From: Octopus sinensis
Lineage: Eukaryota
NCBI RefSeq assembly: GCF_006345805.1
Contig: NC_043005.1
Location: 87,420,001-87,484,000, forward strand
Direction of reading: 5' to 3'
DNA: 64,000 nucleotides
The position numbers and the translations under genes are program-made. This document shows, piece after piece, positions 1-12,608 of this stretch. Within the stretch, counting starts at the first letter, position 1; every line of letters begins with the position of its first letter. Under the pieces are notes generated by a model, which made no database searches, was not told the DNA's origin, and saw only the letters and a list, made by a program, of their open reading frames with translations.

Positions 1-95
1 CTACAGAATGGGATACAGAAAAAACAAGGAGAGAAACAAACAGAAATAAAATGTGTGTAGTGGCTAATGTGTGTAGTGTATATATATATATACAT

Positions 96-155
<60 letters not shown>

Positions 156-1227
156 AGGTCCCGGGTTGATTCGGGGTTAACCACAATAAATAAGGTACTC
201 AATACATAGTAGAGTAAAATTAATTTATTATATAGAAGGAGCTTCTACAGGACTAGAACTGTTTCATTCAAGAGAAATCTTCAGGAAGCTAGTTAACAAG
301 AATTGTATTGGCATTTATACATTTAGGCAGGTTTAAAGGGGTGTTGGTGGGGGACCTTTTGGGGGTAGGCATAGCGCAAAATATCATACTTGGGGGAGTG
401 GTCAAGGAGTCAGTGTTAAATTTCTTTTGATGAACTCATCAGTCCGTCTAATGAGGCTTTTTGGTACTGTTTCCTTGGTGGGATAGTAATGTTCTTCAGG
501 GAAGTGTCGAGGTCGATTCTTGTCAGCATTTTTCTTGGTGATGGTTATAAGGGCACTAGGGTGTGCTAGGATATGTAGGTCCCGGGTTGATTCGGGGTTA
601 ACCACAGTAAATAAGGTACTCAATACATAGTAGAGTAAAATTAATTTATTATGTAGAAGGAGCTTCTACAGGACTAGAACTGTTTTATTCAAGAGAAATC
701 TTCAGGAAGCTAGTTAACAAGAATTGTATTGGCATTTATACATTTAGGCAGGTTTAAAGGGGTGTTGGTGGGGGACTTTTGGGGGTAGGCATAGCGCAAA
801 ATATCATACTGGGGGAGTGGTCAAGGAGTCAGTGTTAAATTTCTTTTGATGAACTCATCAGTCCGTCTAATGAGGGCTTTTGGTACTGTTTTCTTGGTGG
901 GATAGTAATGTTCTTCAGGGAAGTGTCGAGGTCGATTCTTGTCAGCATTTTTTCTTGGTGATGGTTATAAGGGCACTAGGGTGTGCTAGGATATGTAGGT
1001 CCCGGGTTGATTCGGAGTTAACCACAGTAAATAAGGTACTCAATAGATAGTAGAGTAAAATTAATTTATTATATAGAAGGAGCTTCTACAGGACTAGAAC
1101 TGTTTCATTCAAGAGAAATCTTCAGGAAGCTAGTTAACAAGAATTGTATTGACATTTATACATTTAGGCAGGTTTAAAGGTTTAAACCTGCCTAAATGTA
1201 TAAATGCCAATACAATTCTTGTTAACT

Positions 1228-1278
1228 AGCTTCCTGAAGATTTCTCTTGAATGAAACAGTTCTAGTCCTGTAGAAGCT
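1228..1278 (+). ncRNA. Type I hammerhead ribozyme (422-bp array; 7 copies)
   Basis: Stem I AGCTTC/GAAGCT; core CTGAAGA (1234-1240); short stem II TTC-tctt-GAA with a U-U closing mismatch; GAAA (1253-1256); stem III ACAG/CTGT; cleavage triplet GTA (1270-1272). Other copies: + 1651-1701, 2073-2123, 2496-2546; - 240-290, 661-711 (G12A), 1081-1131. Confidence 0.8.
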
Positions 1279-1410
1279 CCTTCTATATAATAAATTAATT
1301 TTACTCTACTATGTATTGAGTACCTTATTTACTGTGGTTAACCCCGAATCAACCCGGGACCTACATATCCTAGCACACCCTAGTGCCCTTTTAACCATCA
1401 CCAAGAAAAA

Positions 1411-1539
1411 ATGCTGACAAGAATCGACCTCGACACTTCCCTGAAGAACATTACTATCCCACCAAGGAAACAGTACCAAAAAGCCCTCATTAGACGGACT
1501 GATGAGTTCATCAAAAGAAATTTAACACTGACTCCTTGA
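1411..1539 (+). pseudogene. Truncated N-terminus of a Penelope-like element ORF, repeated in each array unit
   Basis: My translation is MLTRIDLDTSLKNITIPPRKQYQKALIRRTDEFIKRNLTLTP*. It resembles the SLKNIPIP..K.Y...LI...E.FIKRMRWKA motif I recall from the start of PLE ORFs. Similarity ends after FIKR. Confidence 0.6.
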
Positions 1540-2563
1540 CCACTCCCCCAAGTATGATATTTTGCGCTATGCCTACCCCCAAAAAGTCCTCCACCAACAC
1601 CCCTTTAAACCTGCCTAAATGTATAAATGCCAATACAATTCTTGTTAACTAGCTTCCTGAAGATTTCTCTTGAATGAAACAGTTCTAGTCCTGTAGAAGC
1701 TCCTTGTATATAATAAATTAATTTTACTCTACTATGTATTGAGTACCTTATTTACTGTGGGTAACCCCGAATCAACCCGGGACCTACATATCCTAGCACA
1801 CCTAGTGCCCTTATAACCATCACCAAGAAAAAATGCTGACAAGAATCGACCTCGACACTTCCCTGAAGAACATTACTATCCCACCAAGGAAACAGTACCA
1901 AAAAGCCCTCATTAGACGGACTGATGAGTTCATCAAAAGAAATTTAACACTGACTCCTTGACCACTCCCCCAAGTATGATATTTTGCGCTATGCCTACCC
2001 CCAAAAAGTCCTCCACCAACACCCCTTTAAACCTGCCTAAATGTATAAATGCCAATACAATTCTTGTTAACTAGCTTCCTGAAGATTTCTCTTGAATGAA
2101 ACAGTTCTAGTCCTGTAGAAGCTCCTTGTATATAATAAATTAATTTTACTCTACTATGTATTGAGTACCTTATTTACTGTGGGTAACCCCGAATCAACCC
2201 GGGACCTACATATCCTAGCACACCCTAGTGCCCTTATAACCATCACCAAGAAAAAATGCTGACAAGAATCGACCTCGACACTTCCCTGAAGAACATTACT
2301 ATCCCACCAAGGAAACAGTACCAAAAAGCCCTCATTAGACGGACTGATGAGTTCATCAAAAGAAATTTAACACTGACTCCTTGACCACTCCACCAAGTAT
2401 GATATTTTGCGCTATGCCTACCCCCAAAAAGTCCCCCACCAACACCCCTTTAAACCTGCCTAAATGTATAAATGCCAATACAATTCTTGTTAACTAGCTT
2501 CCTGAAGATTTCTCTTGAATGAAACAGTTCTAGTCCTGTAGAAGCTCCTTCTATATAATAAAT

Positions 2564-2597
<34 letters not shown>

Positions 2598-3429
2598 CAC
2601 CACACATATACAGCGCAGATACGTATATATATATATATATGTATGTGTGTATGTATATATATGTATGTGTATGTATGTATGTATGTATGTAGTATGTATG
2701 TATGCGTGTATACTGACTAGTTATTTTTGTGTAAAATTAAAACGCATTCATTTAATTCAATCAAACTCGGCAACAGCGAAGAAAGTATTAATCACTTCTC
2801 TGCTGCACATATTATTGCGTTGTATTATTAAGAGCTTCCACTGGAACAGTTAATATGTCGGTGAATGGAAGACAAGAACGGGACGGGAAGGAGATTGTGT
2901 CTGCAATAAGAACACCGATGATACGTATGATGATGATGGAGGTGTATGGATAGTAAATGGGTGGTTGCAAGCAGGTAGGCTTACTGAATGCAGATGCCGT
3001 TGGGTGTTGAGGCAGGTAGACATATCGGCGGTGGGGTGTAAGTCGGCGTTTGCCGGGTGTAACGGTTTTGATTAGTGACAATCAAAGACATGATGGTAAC
3101 ACAAGGGAAAACATCATAGAAAATTTCCTATACTTGTATGCTTGTGTGTGATAGAATATGCGAGTCAGTAGAGTGTCTGAAACTTGGCACAATAGCATAT
3201 GTATATATAGATATTTATGCATGTGTGTCTGTGTGTATGTGTGAGAGTGAGAGAGAGAGAGAGAATCTTAGGGCATATACGCACGTATGTATGCAGTTTA
3301 GTATGTACTTGTATATATATGTATATATATATATATATATATAAATATATATATAAATATAATATATATGTGTATATGTATGTATGTATATACATATATA
3401 TATTTGTATGTGTGTATATATATACATAT

Positions 3430-3463
<34 letters not shown>

Positions 3464-3519
3464 CACCACACATATACAGCGCAGATACGTATATATATAT
3501 ATATATGTATGTGTGTATG

Positions 3520-3555
<36 letters not shown>

Positions 3556-4305
3556 TGTATGTATGTATGTATGCGTGTATACTGACTAGTTATTTTTGTG
3601 TAAAATTAAAACGCATTCATTTAATTCAATCAAACTCGGCAACAGCGAAGAAAGTATTAATCACTTCTCTGCTGCACATATTATTGCGTTGTATTATTAA
3701 GAGCTTCCACTGGAACAGTTAATATGTCGGTGAATGGAAGACAAGAACGGGACGGGAAGGAGATTGTGTCTGCAATAAGAACACCGATGATACGTATGAT
3801 GATGATGGAGGTGTATGGATAGTAAATGGGTGGTTGCAAGCAGGTAGGCTTACTGAATGCAGATGCCGTTGGGTGTTGAGGCAGGTAGACATATCGGCGG
3901 TGGGGTGTAAGTCGGCGTTTGCCGGGTGTAACGGTTTTGATTAGTGACAATCAAAGACATGATGGTAACACAAGGGAAAACATCATAGAAAATTTCCTAT
4001 ACTTGTATGCTTGTGTGTGATAGAATATGCGAGTCAGTAGAGTGTCTGAAACTTGGCACAATAGCATATGTATATATAGATATTTATGCATGTGTGTCTG
4101 TGTGTATGTGTGAGAGTGAGAGAGAGAGAGAGAATCTTAGGGCATATACGCACGTATGTATGCAGTTTAGTATGTACTTGTATATATATGTATATATATA
4201 TATATATATATATAAATATATATATAAATATAATATATATGTGTATATGTATGTATGTATATACATATATATATTTGTATGTGTGTATATATATACATAT
4301 ATATG
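2598..4305. repeat. Direct tandem duplication of ~870 bp (unique core plus microsatellites)
   Basis: The non-repetitive core at ~2700-3260 recurs at ~3570-4130 with no differences I can see. The ORF track gives identical translations at 2812-3081 and 3681-3950 (offset 869). Confidence 0.9.
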
Positions 4306-4383
4306 TAAGCATATATATACATATGTATACATATATTTTTATATCTAGACATATCTGTAGATATATATGTATATGTGCTTATA

Positions 4384-4420
<37 letters not shown>

Positions 4421-4682
4421 AATATAAATACATATGTATTCCTGGTATGTGTGTGTGTATGTGTGTGTGTGTATGTTCGGCTATTTTGTATGTGTATTCG
4501 TGAGAATGTGTGAGAATGTGTGTGAAAGCGAAATTATAGTGGAGACAATTGCATAATTAAAGTTAATTAAAGACAGCCTGATGTTGTTTTGACCATAATG
4601 TTGGCTGTTGGTGCTAGCATTAGTAGTAAGTGTGACCATTATGGTCGTTGTAATATTTTAGTCTCAGTGGGATTCAATGCAG

Positions 4683-4684
4683 TA

Positions 4685-4727
<43 letters not shown>

Positions 4728-4770
4728 TGTAGTAGTAGTAGTAGTAGTAGTAATAGTAGTAGTAGTAGTA
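4683..4770. repeat. (AGT)n microsatellite
   Basis: Direct inspection. Confidence 0.95.
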
Positions 4771-5119
4771 GATTATGACCTTTCATTAAATGTTCATGGT
4801 GGTTTTTGTAATGGTGGATTGAACATGCGACTTATGACTTCCGTGGCAGTTTAGAGACGTGGTGTCTACCTGTAATACTGTTAAAAATCGGTGTTGTTGA
4901 TGGTGATGGTAATGATGAGGATAATGTTGTTTTTGTTGTTGCTGTCGATGGTGTTTGCGTTATTGGTTGTTGTCGTGGCGTTAAGCGCCGCCCTAACGTA
5001 TCGCCTAATATTTCTAGCCACAGACGTCAATGGCCCAGCACTGGAAGTTCTATGTATTTCTATAATAAACACAATATTTGGAGGAGCGTGTTTATTGGTT
5101 ATGTCGGACTCAGTGTTCA

Positions 5120-5670
5120 TACGGTAATGATTTTATGGCGGAATTTGAACTCGGAACGTAAAGGTGAAAGAAATTTAGCTAACTATTTTGCCCATAATGC
5201 TGGCAATTTTTTCAGCACACCACTTGAGGAGATACATGTATTCTTTTTACTTTCTACTACAGGTGCAAGTTCTGGAATGTTCGAGGAGGGACAAGTGAAT
5301 TATATCGACCCAAATGCGCAGCTACTGCTTATTTTAGCGATCCCGAAAGGAGGAAAGGCAAAATTGACCTAGTCGTAATTCAAACTCGGTACACATAGAT
5401 GTACTCTATTGACGTTTTACTCGTTGGCCGCCCTAGCTACGACATAGATTACTTTCAAATTTTGTCACAATGCTACTAAGTTCAAGAATAGGTGTAAGTT
5501 GGTTAGATAAACAAAATTTCATGACTGTGACTTATTTCATCGATTCTGAAGGGATAAAAAGCAAAGTCAACTACGGCAGAATTTGAACTCAGAATGTAAA
5601 GCGGACGAAATGCCATTTGCCATTTTCCCCGATGTACTAAAAATTCTGCTAGTTCGGCACCTCATAGCTA
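5120..5670 (-). mobile_element. Cluster of degenerate tRNA-derived SINE fragments
   Basis: Repeated GGCGGAATTTGAACTC(A/G)GAA(C/T)GTAAA (reverse complement of the B-box region) and AAGTCAAC/AAATTGAC motifs shared with the better copies at 55024-55258 and 58656-59068. Confidence 0.65.
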
Positions 5671-5919
5671 TATATATATTAAACTGACCAAACAAATTCG
5701 GTGTTGTAGTAGATTGTGGTCCACATCAATATAAGTTATCTCAAGGATGCGTGTTTGCAGCATTAATACCCGACGAGAAAGTATCGTAGCTCTTCGTTCC
5801 GTCATTCGAAACTCTAACTACTATGATGACACTGTTTCACTGTTTCACTGTTTGTTCTAAATTATAACATAAATAAATAATCCTCTATTTATCTAATATC
5901 GAGGTCTCATTCTTTTATT

Positions 5920-6080
5920 GTCGCTTTTTATTATTATTATAATTATTATCATTGTTGTTGTTGTTGTTGTTGCTGCTGCTGCTGCTGCTGCTGTTGTTGT
6001 TGTTGTCGTCGTCGTCGTTGTTGTTGTTGTTGTTGTTGCTGATGCTGCTGCTGTTGTCGTCGTCGTTGTTGTTGTTGTTG
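5920..6080. repeat. Compound (ATT)/(GTT)/(GCT)/(GTC) trinucleotide repeat
   Basis: Direct inspection. It accounts for ORF 5918-6145. Confidence 0.95.
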
Positions 6081-6149
6081 CCTTTGCACAGCTTCTAACG
6101 CTGGAGATGAACTACAGTGTCAGCTGTTCACTACCATTGAACTAAGGTA

Positions 6150-6482
6150 ACACCTCTTATTTTTCGAGCACCTTCCGAAGTAATCGAGTGGTTCTAAGCA
6201 GTGCTGTTTTCTGCAAATGATCTACCCTTATTATAGTCCCTATTTGTTCCATGTACGTTTCGAGATCTTTGCTCACTGTCCCAAGGGCTCTGACAATTAG
6301 TGGTACCACTACCACCTTTTTCATCGACCACAAATACTTAATCTCCCAAGCTAACCTGTCACATCAATATTGTGATCTTAGTAACATATACATCTTAGAA
6401 AACAGTTAACGGGTTTGATGAGTCACAGGAGACGCGATACATGCTTGTTGTAAAATTAGCAGCGTGTTATCATTCTTGGAAC
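6150..6482 (-). mobile_element. R4/Dong-clade non-LTR retrotransposon, degenerate 3' end (restriction-like endonuclease C-terminus)
   Basis: Homologous to 57300-57570 (shared GTGGTTC(T/C)AAGCAGTGCTGTTTTCTGCAA and CCCA(A/G)GGCTC). The minus strand encodes V..L..GALG and LQKTALL-type motifs. Confidence 0.7.
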
Positions 6483-6490
6483 ATGATATA

Positions 6491-6782
6491 TCTCTATATA
6501 TATAAAGCTGAAGTTGTCTGTGTATGGCAGGTTTGGTAGCCTTCAACTAACACTATCTCCTTCGAGACCCTGCGGCGCAAGTTGACCAAAATTGAGAGTA
6601 TGATAGAAGAAAAAATTCAAGTCGGACCATGTTAACATCAAAAATTATTTACTGCTGTGTTGCCATTTTTCGGTGTATTTCAACGAGAATAACTAGCTAC
6701 ATAATGCAAAATTGTTACTTTTCAAAAATTCCAATTGGAAAGGGTCGAAATAATCCCGAGCAACGCCGGGTGATACTGCTAG
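6491..6782 (+). mobile_element. Non-autonomous Helitron-like element
   Basis: 5' TCTCTATATATATAAAG; 3' hairpin CCCGAGCAACGCCGGG followed by TGATACTG-CTAG (6779-6782). The 3' end matches that of 39179-39564. Confidence 0.7.
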
Positions 6783-7797
6783 GTAACTGATGTAATCGTC
6801 GCTTATTACACCAGCATAAATTCTGATGCTAGTTCCGTTGCTTTTTAAGTTTCTAATCACTTTCTTCCCTACTTTTAGCTTATGGCGTCTCCCAGCTTTC
6901 TGGAGTCTTTTGTCTTTTGTTTCGAGTCTCATTTTCTTTATAATTTTCAAGTTTCTCTAATTGCTGCTGAGATTTAGGCAACACGTCTCCAATTGTATTA
7001 GGGTATTTCTTCATCTTACTTCTGGCTTTACTTCGTTACTTCACTTGGTGTTCGTCATCATTAGAATATATACTAATATATATGGTGATGGTAGGTCGTA
7101 AATAAAGATATTTTGTAAATTTTTTCGTAATACAAATATATGTAGCGGTGTCGATGAATATGGTATCGTTATGTTTCTTAGCATTGTTGTAAAAAATCGT
7201 ATGGGCCAAGGAAACCCGGTCGTGGCCAGCATTCATTTTTGCTTATCATAGTAATATTCACATCCTATCGAGAATAACATTTTGATGAAAAAGATAAAAT
7301 AATTTAGACTGCTTACCTTATTGCATATGTCTTGTGTGCCCAAAATGGAGCTGTTTATGTAGTAAACATTGGTATATGATATGATTGGCAGAAAAAAGAT
7401 TGATGTCATCTGGGGTTTGATCAATTCATTGAGGTGATCATGCAGACAGTTTGGAAGGAGAGTGCTAAGATCTACGTACACAAGGAAAGGAAAAACTGGA
7501 TGAAATTATAAAAATTACGCAACAATTTTCTAAAAAAATAGTAATAGCAGAATTTAACGAAACCAAGTAATACCCAGTGTGTTTCAACTCGGAAAAATAT
7601 CGCTTAACACTTACTTATTTCAGCCATTCTGGGCTACGGCCTTAAAGGGGTTTAGTGGGATGAACTGAACCCAGTGTATATTTTGTTAATTTTGGGACCT
7701 AGTTATCGGTCCCTTTTGCTGAAACACTAAATTAATGGTAACGTAAACAAACTTGCATTTGTCGTTAAGCGATGGGTAAGAAACACACCTAGATACA

Positions 7798-7828
<31 letters not shown>

Positions 7829-7829
7829 C

Positions 7830-8890
7830 CTACAATGCATTTGCAGTACCAGTGCTGATCCCAACCTTTGGGATACTTGATTGGTCTGTAGAAGAAATGC
7901 ATTCCATCGATATCAAAACCCGCAACAATGTGACAATAACTGAGAACTTCCACAGAAACAGTGATGTTGACAGTCTCTATCTAAGAAGAAATGTAGATGG
8001 TAGAAGCCTGAGATCAGTGCCAATGGCCGTCGAATGCCGTATGGCATTACTCAAGCAGCACCTGGTAAGCAACAGCAACAAAAATAAATATATTAATAAC
8101 TATATTAATACAGTGCTGAAAAGTGAACTGAGCAACAGTGTACGAGTTGGCAGTGAACTCCTCAAAAATCACTCTCTTCTTGATGATTTCCTATACAGCC
8201 CCAAAACAACTGGGCTCTCTTACATCAGAGAAGACCTGGATGGAAAGCACTCAGCATTCAAAAGAAAAAAAGGCCATGCATGCGTATGTTTCCCGGAAGC
8301 TTGCATAAGACAGTAGAATTGACACGAAGCTTAGCCTCTCTTGGACACAAGGCCACCACATAACATCGCTCTTTGAGGGCTATGCGTTTGCAATTCAGGA
8401 ACAGATTTCCACAATTTACCTGATGAACAAGAAAGACAGTGACGCTCTTGTAATCCCAAGGTGCAACTGCATGTGTAGGTAGTGACACGCTGCTGTGGAA
8501 GACATTACGCATATGATTAGCAGCTGTTCTAAGATGTCTTAACACCCTATGCGGAAGGATGTTGTTGCTGAAACAATCTACAATGCCATCCGTTAAAAAG
8601 ACTGTCCTGAAATAAATTAGAAAATCCTTCTGCTATGGAATACATTCATAAACACCAACTCAAGGAAAACTGGTGGAATATTCTCATCCAAACGTCTGTG
8701 AAATGTAAGCATAACATGCCGGATATTTTTGTTTAGGACAGAGAGGCAAATGTATGTATCGTCATTGAGGCCATCTGCCCGGCAGATATAAATATCTCTT
8801 TGACAATCAAAGAAAAAGAGGATATCTATGGACAACTGCTTCGAAATCTCCAGCTTCTATATCCAGACTATGAATTCATATTCATGCCAA
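7830..8890 (+). mobile_element. R4/Dong-type non-LTR retrotransposon pseudo-ORF (post-RT region, zinc-knuckle remnant, PD-(D/E)xK endonuclease)
   Basis: IDIKTR...NFHRNSDVDSLYLRRNVDGRSL resembles the R4-clade IDRKTR...HPKSDVDRLYL.R..GGRGL. Downstream are AIQEQ and WWN...HNMPDI...IEAICPADIN...KEKEDIYG. Multiple stops and frameshifts. Confidence 0.8.
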
Positions 8891-9224
8891 ACATGAATTT
8901 ATCCACCCCAAAGATGGAGCCTTGTATCTTTGATGGAGCCTTGTATCTGTTCCTCGGTGGAAAATGTATAATAATTAAAACATGGAAGAGACATACATAC
9001 ATACATACATACACACATACATACATGTTTACATCGCGAAATGCTTTGAATCTCTTGTCTATAACTTGTATGCAAATAGAATGAAGTCTATTTGCTGATG
9101 TGCTGCAGCGCAGAAAATGAGAAAGAAATTGAATTATGAATTAAAAGCAGTTCTAGTAATGTAAACATTATCGATCGCACATACACGATGTATGTGCAAT
9201 ATATACATACACACACACATGTAA

Positions 9225-9261
<37 letters not shown>

Positions 9262-9342
9262 ATATATATTATATATATATATAACATATATAAATATATA
9301 TATATATTATATATATATATACATACACATATAAATATATAT

Positions 9343-9373
<31 letters not shown>

Positions 9374-9565
9374 GCTATGTATTAGAAGAAATGAGGTACT
9401 CAGAAATCCGGATGGTTTTATATTTACAGATATTTATTAGTATGTTACATGTTTTTATACATCATATACCATATAATAGCGCTTTCGTCCATTCTAGTGG
9501 GGTCTTCAAATTGATCTATACCTATGTATATGTAAATATATATATATATATATATATATTACATA

Positions 9566-9639
<74 letters not shown>

Positions 9640-10639
9640 GAACGTATGAATCAATTCGACGGGGAAAGTATTTGTTTCAGTCTTCCAAATTCACTTACAA
9701 GGCTTTACTACGTCCTGAGATTTAATAAACAACACTTAACCAAGCTTCCACTTGGTGGAACTGAACCCGGACCCACGTGTTTAGGAAGCAAACTTCTCGC
9801 CACACGGCGACGCCTCAAAAGTTTCAAAAAAGGGAAGAACAATTATCTCCTTTAATGTGTCGTCAACTAAAGTTTGTGATGATGCACTTATATATACATT
9901 TATACATATATGCATACGTACATACATAACTACGCGTGTGTACGTGCGTGTGTGTGTGAGTGTGTGTGTGAGTGTGTGTGTGTTTGTGTGTGTATGCGTG
10001 TGTGCGTGGACATTCGTATTTTATCTATGTTCGTTTCTGAATAAATATTAGTCAAAATGACAAGGTATTATTCGTAATGGCAACTTTATTGATCATATAG
10101 AGGTTGCGTCCCTGCAGCTGGTCCTTATCTGCGTTAACTAAACCATTGAAGTAAAGAACTGTGCATATCATCGGATTGCAAAAATCCTAATAATTTTTAT
10201 ATCTGTTTGGGATTTTTAAAACAAATGTCGTTACTGATAACTTCGGTTTTCACTGATTTTCCAGAGTTTTATGAAAATATCTTGCTACCAGGCAAAAGAT
10301 AAGTGAAGATAAGTCATATCCTTTGATGCGTTACTATCATGCCTGTGAGATATACAATATTTGGAGAGACAGAAATAATCTATATAAATTTAGTCTCTGT
10401 CGAATACAGTCCATCTTTTATGTTTGTATAGTTCTACTGCTACTTTAGTCATAGATACATAACTAGATTTTAAAAAATAGTTTTGATGGTGCTGCTATTA
10501 ATGTAATTCATGTCGGAGATGTTTACTTGTTCTGAACATTTTTTTGTAAGTTTTGTAAAAGGTGGTGAAGTTTCAAACAAGCGCCGATATCGATTTTTAA
10601 CATATCCACGAGGCCAAATATTTTGTGCCAGTGGAATTG

Positions 10640-10930
10640 ACTATAGTTTAATCGATGGTACTTATATCTTCGACCCCCGACATAACAGTTATTTCTAAAA
10701 CAAGAAAGAAAAATATAGATTTCGGGTGACTGTTTTTCAGTGTGTTTTATGTTATCCAGCATCAAAGTGTTCCAGAGTGTCATTTAATGTTGGTTTCCCA
10801 TTTTCGCACAACGCCAGCAATTCCGTGGAAAGGCACGCAAATGGTACTTATTTGATTGACCCCAAAAGAATTAATGGCAAAGTCGACCTTGGCGGAACTT
10901 CTACTCAAAACGTTAAGCATTTTGTCTAAC
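10640..10930 (-). mobile_element. Degenerate tRNA-derived SINE copies
   Basis: GGTACTTA...ATCGACCCC...GGCAAAGTCGACCTTGGCGGAA motif of the main SINE family. Confidence 0.7.
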
Positions 10931-10986
10931 GTACTAATGATTCTTCATTTCACTACGTAATGTATATCTATCTGTGCATGTATGTA

Positions 10987-11086
10987 NNNNNNNNNNNNNN
11001 NNNNNNNNNNNNNNNNNNNNNNNNNNNNNNNNNNNNNNNNNNNNNNNNNNNNNNNNNNNNNNNNNNNNNNNNNNNNNNNNNNNNNN
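10987..11086. other. Assembly gap (100 N)
   Basis: Run of N. Confidence 1.
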
Positions 11087-11521
11087 CATCATATCATGAC
11101 AGAGAGGATGGCCTTGCAATTCCCTCCGCGATTCGTGATATTGGTGGCATTAACCTCCTTGATCGTTTGTAAGATAACGCCTGCAGAACAGACGTGAGCA
11201 GCGAGAAAATTTCATAGGATCAGCGTTCTAGGAGAAACGATTAGTGCAGGCAGTTGTGGTGGTGGTGGTGGTGGAATTTGAGGACATTTTAATAAAGAAC
11301 AGCTGAGATAAGGTAGCTGCGTATATCTGAGTAGAATTGGAATGAGCCCAGGCAGTGCCGAGGGGAAAGGGACCAATGATGGTACGGGAGAAAATGCAGA
11401 GACTGTGCTGTGTCCGACTGTTGAACAGGGGATAGAAATGTGTCAAAGAGCATGACAAACACGCACAGGTAGAATTATTGGATTATTAATTTCCACCATT
11501 AGACACGTAATATGGCTAAAT

Positions 11522-11568
<47 letters not shown>

Positions 11569-11574
11569 ATCATC

Positions 11575-11614
<40 letters not shown>

Positions 11615-11622
11615 ATTCATCA
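11522..11622. repeat. (CAT)n microsatellite
   Basis: Direct inspection. Confidence 0.95.
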
Positions 11623-12383
11623 TAAGTCAATAGACTGGACGAATTTTAGTCGAATGAACCAACCCCGTTTTTTTAAAACTCTGGAACTTATTTTATCGAA
11701 GCTTTTTACTGAACCGCTGTGTTACAGGGCAGTAAACACACCGACACTATTGTCAAATCATGGTAGGGAACACAGACACAATAGGCACACACAGATATAT
11801 ACATATATGTATATGTACGATGAGGCTTCTTTCATTTTCCGTATACCAAATCCACTTACAAAGCTTTGGTTGACCCATCGCTATAGTGGAAAAACATGTA
11901 TGGTTTCCCGCAGTGAATCTGAAAGCAGTACCATGTGCTTGGTAAGCAAACTTCTTATCAAAAGACCACGGTTGCGACTATACATAACGAAAGGAAATAT
12001 TCGAGCTGTATAACATCTGTGGTGATGGCCATTGTATACGATGCATGTGTGATGAGATTTATTTAATGTTGACCAATAAATATCCACATCCCGTTCTATG
12101 CTCTTCTGCTAATACGTAGTCTGCATTGTTTTGTTTTGATATGTTTTTCTTTCTTTGCTATTTTATTTTCGCTTGTCTTCAATTAATTTACAGGATTATA
12201 CGTTAGCATAGAATAACGGTTTTATTCTCTTAATCATCCTTTATTTATAGCATTTAACACCGATTCACTAGTGTCCATTATCTATTTTTATTACGGTTAA
12301 TACAATATTACTTTTAATGGAATGTATATATATATGTATGTGTGTGTGTGCGTATATATATGTGTATATATATATATACATAA

Positions 12384-12441
<58 letters not shown>

Positions 12442-12548
12442 TTGATGTATGTATATATATATATCCATATATATATATACACATATATATACATATATAA
12501 TGTTTATATACATTATTATATGTATAATATATATATATGTATATATAT

Positions 12549-12608
<60 letters not shown>

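Larger units (their letters stand above)
151..2563. mobile_element. Penelope-like (PLE) pLTR-derived tandem array, ~422-bp unit, with central inversion at 1180/1181; one hammerhead per unit
   Basis: Near-identical units with period 421-423 bp. 151-1180 lies on the minus strand and 1181-2563 on the plus strand, joined at ...GGCAGGTTTAAAGG|TTTAAACCTGCC. (TA)n on both flanks. Each unit holds a hammerhead and a PLE-like ORF start. Confidence 0.85.

Noticed and set aside
402-623. 73-aa ORF in the 422-bp unit
   Set aside because: It is a frameshifted composite in one copy. Only its last third coincides with the PLE-like 42-aa frame.
1197-1206. TATA-like boxes ~26-30 nt upstream of the hammerheads in arrays 1 and 2 (also 14623)
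   Set aside because: Such matches are trivial in AT-rich DNA and array 3 has none at that position. No transcription start evidence.
6790-7490. Possible GPCR or Tc1 remnant (ORFs 7036-7481; WPA/PIEN-like words on the plus strand)
   Set aside because: Motif spacing does not fit either family convincingly.
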